64,000 bases of DNA from Octopus sinensis. Its lineage: Eukaryota. A program made the position numbers and the translations under genes. Positions 11,296 to 24,756 of the stretch are shown piece by piece. The notes under the pieces are model-generated. The model saw nothing but the letters and a program-made list of their open reading frames with translations, did not search any database and was not told where the DNA came from. The DNA lies in the NCBI RefSeq assembly GCF_006345805.1, contig NC_043001.1:35526001-35590000 (forward strand). The letters run 5' to 3'. How positions within the stretch are numbered: the first letter of the stretch is position 1; the number at the start of each line of letters is the position of its first letter.

Positions 11296-12659
11296 TGAGC
11301 CAAATACCCTAATCAATAATCCACAAGCCTGCACACATCTACATTTTATAAGTACTTAGTGTATATATTTATCTATCTGCCTAGCTCACCAGTCAGATCA
11401 CCGTCTGTTTTTTTTCAGTTCAACTCACCTATGACGTTATGAAATGCTGTTGGAACTCCAGTATATACATATATATTTTTTTTTTCATGAAGTTTGAGCG
11501 TATTTCTATCATATACTATACCTAGTGATCCATTCCTTTGATATTTCTGCTTCACCGTTTTTTTACATTCCCATACATGATTTCTTACCGTTTTACTACC
11601 GAACACCACTTCCTAAATTATGCGAAGAGTTATCACGAACTTTGTTGTTATTAGGTAAAACTGACTTTTACCGAAACTCCTGTTAAAAAAATAAGAAATA
11701 TATATATATATATGTACTTTTTTTTTCTCTTTTTACATGTCCAGATTATGTTGGTGTACGTTTGCGCATGGACCCCTGCTAACAGCTCGTACACTTGCCA
11801 ACAGCTCCGATGTCCAACCCTCACTGTTATCAAAACAAGATTTTTCAACGTTGAATGTATTCTTTGGGTTGACATTTCGTGTAATACGTGCTTTTTACTC
11901 AATGGTATATGGCAAGGATTCTGTCTCGTGTTTAGCTTTCTTGGTATGGTTCCAAACAGAATTGTAGAATACACATACTCTTCAATTGAAAGTTTGTGAA
12001 GAATCTCATTGAATTGCGAAAAAAAGTGAATGAGAGAGAGAGAGAGAGCGAGTGGGAAGAGAAAAAGTAAGGTAAAGAATGTTAAAGGAAGTTAACTAAT
12101 ATGCCATATATGGATTGGTTTCTCTCTCTACACACACTTTCTCTCTTTCTCTCATTCTGTCTTAAGCCTTCTCGTTTTCCTTCGTACACTTCCTTATGCG
12201 TACGCGGCTACAACATACACACATATTCACGCACACGTACATGAGCGTAAATACATACATATATATGCATGCTTACGCTTTCTCTTTCTCTCTCATATAT
12301 AGCGGTTTTACTCGTTCTTCGCTGATTCTTTATCTCACTTTATCTCACGTACAACAAAACACTGACATATTCACATTCACACAAATTTTCATATACATAC
12401 TAGTTGCTTCTCTTCGTCTCTGCTCCACTCACACTCACTTCCTTACTCGTATACTCCTTCTTGCCTCATTCACTCACTCATTCACTCATCCGCTCGCTCG
12501 TTCACTCACTCTCTAACTCACTCTAACTTACACTCCTGACTCATTCTCTAAGCCACTCTCTTAGTTGCTCACTAACTCTCCGCTCATTCATTAACTTATT
12601 CGCCCTCTCAGTTACTCACGTTTTCAATAACACCCACCCACTCACTCACTCCCTCACAT

Positions 12660-13260
12660 ACTCACACTCTCACTCATACATCCACTCCACCTATTCATTC
12701 ACTCACACACTCACACTTTCACTCATACACCTTCAATCATTCACTCACATACTCACTCACTCGATCACTCACTCACACACACTTTCACTCATACACCCTC
12801 AATCATTCACTCACATACTCACTCGGTCACTCACTCACACACACCTTCACTCATACACCCTCAATCATTCACTCACTCGGTCACTCACTCACACACAGTT
12901 TCACTCATACACCCTCAATCATTCACTCACTCACACACACTTTCACTCATACACCTACAATCATTCACTCACTCGGTCACTCACTCACACACAGTTTCAC
13001 TCATACACCCTCAATCATTCACTCACTCACACACACTTCCACTCATACACCCACAATCATTCACTCACTCGGTCACTCACTCACACACAGTTTCACTCAT
13101 ACACCCTCAATCATTCACTCACATACTCACTCACATACTCACTCGATCACTCACTCACACACACTTTCACTCATACACCCTCAATCATTCACTTACATAC
13201 TCACTCACTCGCTCACACACTTACACACAATCTCACTCATGCACCTACTCAATCATTCAC
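12660..13260. repeat. TCAC-based minisatellite with ~96-bp higher-order unit
   Basis: Core TTCACTCATACACCCTCAATCATTCACTCAC recurs at 12846, 12900, 12942, 12996, 13037 and 13092 (spacings 54/42/54/41/55). Confidence 0.85.
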
Positions 13261-14155
13261 TCACTCACACATACTTATTCACACACATCTATTCATTCAC
13301 TCTCAGCCACTCTCCAACGTCACTCATTCTCTAATCTCCATTCTTTCATACGCCCATTCAAACCCTTTTATGCAAACCAATTCCAAACTTCACATTCACA
13401 TGCGTACACCATCAGTCTCTATCTCACCCACCAATTCCTCTCACTCACTGCCACACATACACACACACAAACATCCACACCCTCTCTCATTCGCTATGTT
13501 GCATACTGACGTACTCACGCCTACTCAAGCATACACAATCAAAAATGTATCTACTCTTTTCTTTTCCCTGCCACATTCATTCTCATTCTTTGTTTCTCTC
13601 TTCCCCACATATCTACACACACATGTACACATGCACATACGCACATGCACATATGCACATACTCTGTCTCGTCCACACACACATATACTCCTCTCACATT
13701 CTCTTTCACACACTTTCACTCGTACAAGCTTTCACTCTCAAATTTTATGCACACTACACACACATACACGCACATAGATCCTTTCTCTCTCACTCACTCA
13801 CGCTCTCTCTTTTCTTTCTCTCTCTCTCTCTCACCAGACTCATGCATACTCAGCCACACATACAAATACATACACAATACATAATACACTTTAACTTATA
13901 TACAGGCACATATACACTTTCTTTTGTCCTGCTTTGCCCACCTAGTCACTCATTCGAACCCCGCATCCGCGCACACTCAGCCACTCACACACTTTCTGTC
14001 TTACACTCACCTCACACTTCATGCTTCACTCTGTCTCCCTCTCTTCTCGTTTCTCTATCTCCCTCTCTCTCTCTCTCTGTGTTTCTCTCTATCTCTCACT
14101 CTGTCTCTCTCTATCTCTCCCATTTACACATACACACTCACACAGAGAAATCATC

Positions 14156-14250
<95 letters not shown>

Positions 14251-14668
14251 GACACACTCACACACATAGCGACTCCCTCTCACAAAACTACACACTCAAA
14301 CAGATCCAGTATGTCGAAGTGTTGGCATGTTCAGGGACAGAAGTTTAAATCTCTTACTACCTGCAGTGCAAAGAAATTTTTGTGTTTTGTCTTGAGTGTA
14401 TTTTTTTATTTATGTTTTATATTCAAATTTTATTCTTTTTCTTTCCAGCCTTATTCTTTATATTTTTTCTAAAAAAAATTTTTAACATGTTTTTTTTTCT
14501 TTAATTTTTTCCCCAAGTTATGTTTGATTGGTCTTTCAAACCTTTAAACAGCTGTGTTAAGTTCCCATGAACAAGTTTTACAAATTCCCTCTTTTTTTAG
14601 TGGGGATGAAGAATAAATAAAAATAAACAGGCTAAGATTGTCAAAAACACAAACATAAACGTTTATGT

Positions 14669-14751
<83 letters not shown>

Positions 14752-15234
14752 TATATATATATATATTCGCATAGACACACATAGATGCAAAACATATTTA
14801 AGAAGAAGTAGAAGGAAAAAATAAACGAAAAACAAAAAGAAGCAGAATAAACTTTCTGATTTCCTTTCCTCTCCTCACCAAGCACCCGGTTAAATGACTG
14901 CCACCCGCTTTAAGGAACACTGTTTTAGCATTCTACATACTCATGAGTTGTGTCCATGCTGTGTTCTGGAATTTCTCCAACAAGCAAAATCAACAAGATT
15001 TCCTCAGACAGCCTATTGTAAATCCTGTTGCAATTTCAATGTGTATATGTATGTGTTTGTGTGTATGTGAAGGCAGTTATATGGACATATATGTGCACTC
15101 ACATCCACCCACTCGCATATGTATGTGTGTGTATACACACACATACATAAATGCAAACATGCATACATACATATATACATACATATCTATATCTCTCTCT
15201 ATATATATAGCTTACATAAATTAAATAGGTTTCA

Positions 15235-16630
15235 ACCAGTAAAGGCCCAGGTCATGTCTAACTTAAGAGCGCCACCTGGTGAAGTCTTTTAGATTGTGAT
15301 GCACACCTCAGTCATATATGGGACACTATGGCCCACTCTAGCTAAGAGTTATTATTGTTGGAGACATATCAGGATGTAGGAGGTTGGTCTCGGATTTTTT
15401 GGCGAAATTTGTCCAGAGAACTTTTGAATTTTATGAGATCTGTTTCAGTTTTGGTGTATTTTGGTGTAACATTAAAGACAGCTGGACCGGTTGAGGTAAA
15501 GTAGTTTTGACGTAATGTTGTTATGTGTCTTGAGTTCGATTTTCGTAGTGGGCCGATAGCACAGGAGCCAAGTCTTCGGTGGATTTTAAAATTAATGCCA
15601 ACATCATTTGTGTAATATTGGTGGAATATTTTCCACATCACACAAATGATGTAGCGCTCAAGGCGGCATTGGAGAGAGTAGAGATTGAGTTTTTTTTAGT
15701 CGACTCCAATAGTCAATACCTGTCAGGCCGTCTATCTTTCTTGTTATAGACCTCTGGAGTGCTTCCTCTTCTATAATAAGTTGCTTTGTGAGGGGTGACC
15801 ACAGTGGACAACAGCATTCAAGGTGCGGTCGGGCAAAAGTAGAGTAAAGAAGGATGATGGTGTGAGCATCTCTCACTCTGAATTCCAGAGCACATCTTGC
15901 AGGCCAATTCAACCTTACTGTTTACTTGGGTACTCCAGCTCAGATTGTTATCAACAATTAAACCAAAGTCTCTGGTGTTGTTGGATGATACTAGGAAGTC
16001 TCCCGAGGGAAATGTATATGATAGTTTCAGAGTATCCTCTTTTCCAAAGGGGATCGAATTAAACATAACTTCTTTCAGAAGCATATTGTTCTGTTCCGTC
16101 CACTGGACAACGGCAAACAGATCCGACTATCCCATAACGTTTATGGCCTTCTGGAGCTTGGAATCATCCACAAAGATTTTCAGGGTTCAATGTTTGATGA
16201 CGTCTACTCTGTCATTAATGTAGATAAGGAAGAGGAATAGGCCCAACACAGTACCTTGTGGGACACCACTACTGACTTTGGTTGAGCTTGATCGGATTCC
16301 CTTTAGCACAACATGTTGGGTTCTGTTCGTCAGGAAACACTTTATCCACTGCAGCAGCTTTCCACGGACTCCAATGTTGGACAATTTCTTTAGCAGGATT
16401 ATGCAGTATTCTCTGTCAAATACCTTGCTGAATCAAGGTATATGACATCTGTGTTAGACCCTTCTCCCAAAGCTTTTAAAACGTCATGAAAATGGTACAG
16501 AAGCTGAGACAGGCAGTCCCTTCCATCACGAAAACCAGATCAGTATTGTTTCTGCAGCATTTTACACATGGATTTTGCATAATCATGTAGAGTGTTGTTC
16601 TTACCAACCAGAGGACTATCAGGGGAAACA
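15235..16630 (-). mobile_element. CR1/L2-type LINE ORF2 fragment (RT to C-terminus), decayed
   Basis: GFRDGRDCLSQLL, GVRGKLLQWIKCFLTNRTQHVV..SSGVPQGTVLGLFLFLIYIND, RDFGLIVDNNLSW, LLYSTFARPHLECCCPLWSP, FKSSLDKFRQKIRDQP. Confidence 0.92.
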
Positions 16631-16899
16631 GCGACTTTATGTTTTGTTTTTTTTTTTTTTTGCAAATGAAAAGAACACTTGGGGATTGAGTTTTATTTTC
16701 TCGACGGTCCATTTCTCCTCGGCTGCTCTTTTTAATGATGGTCATCACACTTTTTTGGAAATACGTATATTGCCACACGTCTTTTTATAATACATTTTCA
16801 ATAAGTTCTTTACAGTATATTTCGAATAGAAAAATAATATATGATCGACTTTTCTGGAACATCACAGTCCTTCTTGGGCATAATTTGCTGTTGATGTAC

Positions 16900-17520
16900 A
16901 TTTAAAGTAATCTTGCCCGATGTGGTCGGTGTAGAACGCAACCTGGAATTTGCAGTTTGTCATTTAGATTCAAGCCACATTAATCAAATGTTTATTTTTG
17001 TTCTGAACTGAATTATGTTGCCTGTGCGTTTATTCTATCATTGTTCTGTATAGATATATTGTCCTCCAATGGTTTCCGCTCTAACTTCGCATTGCGTGGT
17101 GTGGTGTCGTGCATTGTAATAGTTCTTTGTAGTAAGTACATGGTACACAGATGGGAGAATACCACACTTGTATGAGTCTGTCTCTTCTATCTCGCGAAAT
17201 AGTGAGCTCTCGCCTTGGAGACATTTGGTGAAAATAGCTTTATCGCTCTTAACATCAGCACAGCATTCGACTGTGTCTGTCATACAAACCTCTCGAAACT
17301 TCATGTCTTTGAACTTCAACTGTTTCTCATCTCTTCGATCAACAACATATTATTAGATCGCAATATCACGGTTGTTGGAGTATTGTCTCTCGCACATTGT
17401 ATTAAGTCCGACTTACCCCAACAATTCGGTTTTACCTGCCCGCACTCTTTCTTTCTCAGTTCATCAATGACTTGCCACGTTCAAGAACGCCTGCTCTTAA
17501 ACGTCTTCAATTTGCATTAA
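16900..17520 (+). mobile_element. Highly decayed non-LTR RT fragment (CR1/Jockey-like)
   Basis: ORF 17215-17520 IALNISTAFDCVCHTNLSKL...LLDRNITVV...IKSDLPQ resembles ALDISKAFDRVWH..LLSKL..FLSNRSI.VV..INSGVPQG. Confidence 0.65.
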
Positions 17521-18506
17521 TTACTTGCAACATAGGGACCAGCCGCTAAACTCGCATTGCTTCCATCAATGCTTAGAATGTAACTAATCACGGAGTATGC
17601 ATTCTCTTTTGACAAAAAAGTTTAAAAGTCAGTCAAAAATATGATATATCTGGAACCAGATTTCCCGTATAAGGGAAGCACATCTTTTATTCTTTCGGTT
17701 ACTGTCATGCCATGGGTCTTTCACATCAGAGCCGAGGCGCGTTTCCACTACATAGCAACAATAACGACATTATGATTTTTTTTCCATATTCGTGTATATG
17801 TGTATTGATATAATATATTCTAAATTGAACCATAATTTTAGAAGCAATTATAGAATAACTTCTTTTAACTAGTCAAAGAGAAAAGTATGAAGTATCATCG
17901 TTCATGCATTTCAGGGGTTATTATTTGATATCAATTAACTTAGATGAGTTCTGAATGTTTTTCAATTGTTCTCGCATTCGACACTACGTTTTTACATTTT
18001 GAAAATACACCGACATATAGACACACATGCAACAAAAAGACAAAATTCTTTATCATCGATTCTGTATCCTGTGCAAAGCCTAAATGCATTTGGCAATTCC
18101 ACAAATAACCTACTTTCTTACTAGTAGTAGGCAAACGGATTGAATTATGCACTAATATGAAATGGAATACAAAACTGGACATCACCAGAATTTAGACTCA
18201 GGTCAAAAGATGTTATTAACTTATAATGCAATAACACCTTCACTGTTTTGCGATCGTTTGAAACATTTGATGTCTTGAAGCATTTGCTGGTATAATTTAT
18301 TTGAGAATATTTGGCAAAATCTAATCTTTTAGAATGGAAAATGGAAGAAGTTACTCAAATACAATATATTCAACTTCTTCCAGAGACCATTTATAAACTG
18401 TTTTCTTTACAATTTTTCTACAAACTATATTTTCTCTTTAAAATTGGCTTGAATCGATTTTCTCCCACATTCTGTCCTTAATGTTAGTTGTCTATAGTTT
18501 TCATCC

Positions 18507-18890
18507 GTGGAGGCGCAATGGCCCAGTGGTTAGGGCAGCGGACTCGCGGTCATAGGATCGCGGTTTCGATTCCCAGACCGGGCGTTGTGAGTGTTTATTG
18601 AGCGAAAACACCTAAAGCTCCACGAGGCTCCGGCAGGGGATGATGGTAATCCCTGCTGTACTCTTTCACCACAACTTTCTCTCACTCTTACTTCCTGTTT
18701 CTGTTGTACCTGTATTTCAAAGGGCCGGCCTTGTCACTCTCTGTGTCAAGCTGAATATCCCCGAGAACTACGTTAAGGGTACACGTGTCCGTGGAGTGCT
18801 CAGCCACTTGCACGTTAATTTCACGAGCAGGCTGTTCCGTTGATTCGGATCAACCGGAACCCTCGTCGTCGTAACCGACGGAGTGCTTCC
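18507..18890 (+). mobile_element. SINE group C (tRNA-Arg-like head), full length
   Basis: A-box TGGCCCAGTGG, B-box-like GTTTCGATTCC; near-identical to 54459-54837 and 56845-57232. Confidence 0.92.
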
Positions 18891-19619
18891 ATCCATCAGT
18901 TTTCATCTATTCATAAAATGACGCCCATAATATTATGTGACGTCAGAAATATGCATGAACTGGATTTCGGGGAAGGCAAGATGCACAACTATGAACCCAT
19001 TCACTCGATTAGACTTGATTCTGAATAAAAATGAAGTCAAGACGCACAGAAATAATATGGATGCAGTGGTTGAACATAACGTTTTTAGTGACTTGTGCAC
19101 TTGAAATTTTACAACGCATTCCAAAAACATTGTTTTTAACCGATTATAACCCTACCCTTTTCTGTGTGCTTTGGAAACATTTTCCACACACTCAAATGGA
19201 AAGTCTAGAGGCGTAGATTCCATGAGCTGTTCATTCAAAGAGGTCTTGAGATGTGAATGAAAATTTGAGAATGTAGTGGTAGTATTAAGTGGATAGAGAG
19301 GGGAGGAGAGAAGTGTATGTTAAAATGAAGAGAGAGAGAGAGAGCTCAAAGGAAAAGGTGAGAAAAAATAAGAAGAAAAGAAAGAAAGAGGAAGAGAAAA
19401 CGAAAACAAGAAGAGAAAATAAAAAACAGTGTAAGAAAGTGAAAAAGGAGTGTTAGTTGGTGGTCATGATATTATGAGGGGGGAGGGAGATGAGTAGGGA
19501 AGGGTAGGAAGAGGTAAGATTGTCAGAGGGGAGGTTAGAGATAGGGGTATATTGGTCTATGTTATTAACATTTAGTCTCTGAACCAAATTCAAAATAAAA
19601 TTTCATATATATATATATA

Positions 19620-20277
19620 TATAGTCATTATTTTGTTTGACTAATTTTCATTGAACTTCTATTTTAGAAAATAACAATGACAGGTCCTATGCTTACTAAT
19701 GAAATAAAAAGGAATGCTGTGATTGTGGCTTTGAAGGCGAAGGAGGGTGATTTAGAAATTTCTCGTTTTCTGAAAGTTGCAAGATCTTCTGTCCGCAAGA
19801 TTTGGCGTGAGAGAAAGAAAATGGAAGTGTATTACTCGTATCAAAACTTTCAAAACATTCCAAAAGCTCTGATTCTATCAGGAGACCTGAATTTATTCAA
19901 GAACTTAAGCTATACATTGAAGACAATGCAGGAAAATCAATGAGGTCAATAGCAAAATGTTTCGTGTGCCAGAGAAAAACAATCAGAAATGTTGTGCCTG
20001 AAGACATCAGATACACAGATTACGTGATGAGGAGAGGCTAATTCACGTCAGATAAAAACAAAAGAAGACCGTTAAATCGGATCCAAAAACATTTGAACAA
20101 ACTTAAAAATCCAACAGAAGATGGTATGATTTGGTTTTCCTCAGATGAGATGAAACTTTGACCAAGCCCAGAAAACTAACAGAGGAAACGACACATGGCT
20201 ATATACTGCCCCTTCTGAGGTTCCAAGAGTAATGCACATAAAATTTTCTGCAAGTGTCATGGTTTTGGGTGTTGTTA
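19620..20277 (+). mobile_element. Tc1/mariner-superfamily (maT/DD37D-like) transposase 5' fragment
   Basis: MLTNEIKRNAVIVALKA..EISRFLKVARSSVRKI (HTH), GKSMRSIAK, WFSSDE (first catalytic Asp) and HIKFSASVMVLGVVS. Cut by a SINE at 20278 and not resumed. Confidence 0.75.
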
Positions 20278-20673
20278 GCGAGCTGGCGGAATCGTTAGCA
20301 TGCCGGGCGAAATGCTTAGCAGCATTTTGTCTGCCGCTATGTTCTGAGTTCAAATTCCGCCGAGGCCGACTTTGCCTTTCATCCTTTCGGGGTCGATTAA
20401 ATAAGTACCAGTTACGCACTGGGGTCGATATAAGCGACTTAATTCTTTTGTCTGTCCTTGTTTGTCCTCTCTGTGTTTAGCCTCTTGTGGGTAGTAAAAA
20501 AATAGGTATTTTGTCTGTCACTACGTTCTGGGTTCAAATGTCGCCGAGGTCGACTATGCCTTTCATCCTTTCGGGGGCGATAAATTAAGTACCAGTTGCG
20601 TACTGGGGTCGACATAATCGACTGGCCCCTCCCCAAAACTTTTGGGCCTTGTGCCTAGAGCAGAAATGATTAT
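20278..20673 (+). mobile_element. SINE group A, dimeric copy
   Basis: Unit 1 to AAAAAAATAGG, unit 2 from TATTTTGTCTG to GGGCCTTGTGCCTAGAG. Confidence 0.88.
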
Positions 20674-21192
20674 AAACTATACCTAAATTGGCGAAATGAC
20701 AGAATCATTAAAGGAAGGGGAAAAGGCCTTGCGTATTTCTTCTTCATCTTTACATTCTATGTTCAAATCCCGCTAAAATGCACTTTCCATTTCAACTTTT
20801 CGGGGTCGATAAGGTAAAGAACCAGTGTAGTATTTGGATTGACTTTAATGAATAACCTCTCCACTTTCTCATCTAAATTAATAACCATTATTAACTACAC
20901 CTGGCGAATGTCTTACAGGAAGTGATTAGTTGTTGTAATGTGAGTTCTCAGCCTTTCAAATCTCAGTTAGTATTGTTTCATTTGACTTCATTTCATCTTA
21001 TAATGCTAAACCTTTCTGAAAAGCTATCAAGGAAACAACCTTTTATTTAACATTCTCCCTCCCGAGGACTTACAAAATATTTCGACAAAGAAACGGATAA
21101 ATTTTCGAAACTTTATCTTTTCCGTTTATCCTATTGTTTCCATCTCAGTGAACAAAATAATCAAGTAACATAATACTGATTCGAAATCTTAC

Positions 21193-21222
21193 CTGCGTTT
21201 CTGCCTTGATCCTCTGGGTAAT
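21193..21222 (-). CDS. Candidate 30-nt microexon of an unidentified gene (phase 1-1, DYPEDQGRNA)
   Basis: gtattcctttgctcttag|ATTACCCAGAGGATCAAGGCAGAAACGCAG|gtaaga: consensus donor, pyrimidine tract, length divisible by 3, 50% GC in AT-rich unique sequence. No homology recognised. Confidence 0.35.
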
Positions 21223-21740
21223 CTAAGAGCAAAGGAATACATGTTGCCACTTCTTTCGACAATCCCGTTATATATTATCAAATAAACATACCTACCGTAC
21301 AACGATTAGCTCATATGTAAAGAATATAAAAGAAGAATAAACTGTATTCAAAAACATTCACATTAAATCCTATTACAAGCATACAAGTAGTTAAGCAACA
21401 GAAATCTGTATCGAATCTTAGTATCCGATATCACTCAATCCTATTATAATCCTCAAAGGCAAACGTTTTTAGTGAACCAAGAGAAGGCTTATTCGAAACC
21501 CTATCCACAAACTCCTGTTTCACCTCATTATATCCTTGTCACTGAGCATGTATTTACACGAAAACAAATGAAATCTGTTAAAACTATTCTTATGAATCTA
21601 ATGCCGTCTGAAAGAAAAATGAAAGAAAGCAAAATACCTAAAAAGAAACGATGTGTCCTTTGTGTATTTCGTAATGAGTTCTGTCATATTTCTGCATAGT
21701 TTCGAAGATAGCTTCTGATGTTTACCGCTTTTGCTTTGCT

Positions 21741-21782
<42 letters not shown>

Positions 21783-22389
21783 ATATATATATAGTTCTTG
21801 TTGTTGTCTTGAATATTGGGGAAGGCGTTTTGTTTATTACACGATGTCGTGTTTATTTTGTATGAGTGTATGGGGTTGCTATGTAAGTTTGTGTGGATAA
21901 GTATGTGTTTGTTCATGCGTCTTTGTATATTTCTAATTCTCTGCGTAAGTAAATGCGGCTCGTTTGTTTCTTCAACTGTGTGTGTACGTGTGTACAATTT
22001 TCGTTTTTCTTTCAGAAATTTTCGCGAAATTATTTCAGCTAGCAAACCCAACTACATTATTATCATCATTCTTTTGTTGTCTATGTGTTTGTGTGTATCT
22101 TTTCTGTTAAAAATATGTATCATCTTCATCTTGTGCGCATATGTTCTTTTCGTTTTTGTTACATTTTTTTTTCCCTTTAGCTTTTGTCTTCTAATCTAAT
22201 CTCGATCCCTTTCACTTGTTCGCGACACCATTGGTGAGGAAGAGGGCACAACAGTATTTTACTCATGCCATGTTTACTGACAACTAGTTTCAGACAATCA
22301 CTACAAAATAGCGTTCCCGTCAAGTTTACTAAAGTTATTTGCATTATAAAGGAATTGTTGACCGTAATAAATTAACCTAGCCCAAATAC

Positions 22390-22465
22390 CTGAGCCTACC
22401 ATTCTGTCAAAGATGGTGCCTTTTCGACTGCTTAACATTGACGTAAACCTATCTTGAAGACAAAA
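22390..22465 (-). CDS. Candidate 76-nt exon (FCLQDRFTSMLSSRKGTIFDRMVGS)
   Basis: ttcaattttcag|...GCTCAG|gtattt; only frame 0 is open and it ends in phase 1, compatible with the 21193-21222 microexon. Confidence 0.3.
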
Positions 22466-22751
22466 CTGAAAATTGAACTATTCACAAACAAATGAATATT
22501 TCACGCTTCATACTTTCTATAGATAGAGGAAATAACATTCGGTTTTAATATTTTTTACAGAAAGTGAAAAACTGCAGCGTAGCAGAATAGGTAGAATATA
22601 TAAAAAAAAAGTAGGGTACCCTTACTGAATGTTTTACTCTATTTCATTTCGTTATCCAGGTTATGAGTTCAAGACACACTGAGGTTGGTATTGAAGTTCG
22701 TATTACTTTTGCTAATGATTTATACCTCAGTAAATCTGCACATATAGTCAA

Positions 22752-23163
22752 GGTTTGAAGGGCAGTTTTTTCTAGCGGTGTCATATGAAATTGTCACCCA
22801 TAATTATGACCCTAGTATCGATCTATTACATTTCAATCTGTTTTAGGGTTAGGGTTATTTAGGGTTAGGGGTGGGGGAAGGGTATCTTTTTTCTTCACAA
22901 ATGTAAATAAACCCAATCTGTTTCTTAAACGAGGGACATATTCATACGGCACAGAATGTTTTTTGTTTTACCTCAATAGACGTCACTGATTGGTTGAAAT
23001 TACAGAAATTGAAGAAAACAAACAACAAATATCTTACAAACTATAGAATTTTCTCAATAAAGCCAAGAGAAAAAGATGTTTTTTGTAAACACATTCTACC
23101 AGTATACGAAGTTTAAAATTTTTTAGTTACCTAGAAATTATGTTAAAAACTGCCGTTCAAACC
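22752..23163. mobile_element. MITE-like element with 19-bp inverted termini and internal TTAGGG repeats
   Basis: GGTTTGAAGGGCAGTTTTT (22752-22770) vs AAAAACTGCCGTTCAAACC (23145-23163), 18/19 complementary; TTAGGG-like units at ~22843-22870. Confidence 0.7.
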
Positions 23164-24521
23164 GAAAAGATCCAAACGACGATTACTAACTCCTCTGAAG
23201 ACATTTTAAAATAAGTTTGCATTGTATCAAACTTAGAAAGCAACAAAAATTAATATTTTCCCGGAAACCAGATTTCTCACACAATGGCAAAGTCAGAGAG
23301 TCAAAAGAACTTTTTCTCCACCATCAACACGCTATTCTTAGTTTACATTTCCATTGTTGTTCCCAAATCGCCAAAATAGCTCCAAGCCAGTATGTGAACC
23401 GTTTTCACTCAACTACACTCATCACATATAAGATATTGGTAACATCAGAAATCAAATTAAGGCAGTAAGATGGTAGAATCGTTACCAAGCCGAGCAAAAT
23501 GCTTAGCAGCATTTCGTCTGTCTTTACGTTCTAAGGTCGAATTCTGCCGAGGTCGACTCTGCCTGTCATCCTTTCGGGGACGATAAATAAGTACCAGTTT
23601 AGTAGTGAGTTGTATGTAATCAACGTGCACCCTATGCCGGATTTTGAAACCAATATCAGAAATCAGTATATTTCACAGATCCTAGTAAGCCCGTAGATAT
23701 TCGATGCTTATATTTATCAGTTCTAAGTTCATCGAGGCTGGTATAATTTTTTTTTTATTTTCAAAAGGTCGATAAAATAATGTACCAGTAATATATTGTT
23801 CTTCTGCGAAATTTCTGTTCATATGCCAATATTCCCACAAGATAGCTATCACGATTTCGTTACGCTTCATTATATTGTAGTTCAAACCCTCCTGTGGTCG
23901 ACTTTGGATTTCATCGTACCGACGTTGATATATATTAATCGACAAAACTCTTCCTCAAGAATTTTAGGCCGTATTTCTCTCAGAAACCAAATTTAGAGTA
24001 AAGCAAATTGTTACTACGTTGAAGGGTTCTTAAAAAATATCATATATTTCACAGAAAAGTGAATATGACGTAGCTTGTTCCACGATTATTATCTGTAGTC
24101 ATAAGTAGGCATAAACACTGTTCCATACATCGACGATTTTACCCAGCGAAAAGATGAAGGTTTTAACTACTGGAGAGGGAGATACAAGCAGAAAAAACTG
24201 CATCTCCGTTGGCTGGTATTTATTTTAAACTGAGTAAACGGGAACAACATAAATGAAGTACTCAAAGATACAAGACTTTGCTCAGTCTAAAAATCGAAGC
24301 CGCTATCTTTTTATCATGAGGACAACAACACTAAACATCAAGCCACGCGCCTTCACGGACTGGTTTTTGGTATTTATTTAAAGGAAACGTTTCAAGACCA
24401 TTTCGAGGTCAGCTATCATCACTTCGGATAGGACAGTGTAACAGTATAAAAGTATGAGATTTCACTTGGTTATTCAGTATCAGATCGATTGCAACACATA
24501 TTCCTGCCCTAATGTATTGAT

Positions 24522-24756
24522 GTAAGGCGGCGAGCTGGCAGAATCGTTAGCACGCCGGGCGAAATGCGTAGCTGTATTTCGTCTGCCGTTACGTTCTGAG
24601 TTCAAATTCCGCCGAGGTAGACTTTGCATTTCATCCTTTCGGGTCGATAAATTAAGTACCAGTTACGCACTGGGGTCGATGTAATCGACTTAACCCGTTT
24701 GCCTCTCCTTGTTTGTTCCCTCTATGTTTAGCCCTTGTGGGTAATAAAGAAACACA
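24522..24756 (+). mobile_element. SINE group A with 12-bp TSD
   Basis: TSD TAATGTATTGAT at 24510-24521 and 24757-24768. Confidence 0.93.

Noticed and set aside
21391-21699. 102-codon plus-strand open frame (QSYYNPQRQTFLVNQEKAYSKPYPQ...)
   Set aside because: No ATG in good context, no convincing splice sites and no recognised homology; not excluded but unsupported.
22843-22870. Telomere or chromosome-fusion scar
   Set aside because: Only about four imperfect TTAGGG units, located inside an element with inverted termini.
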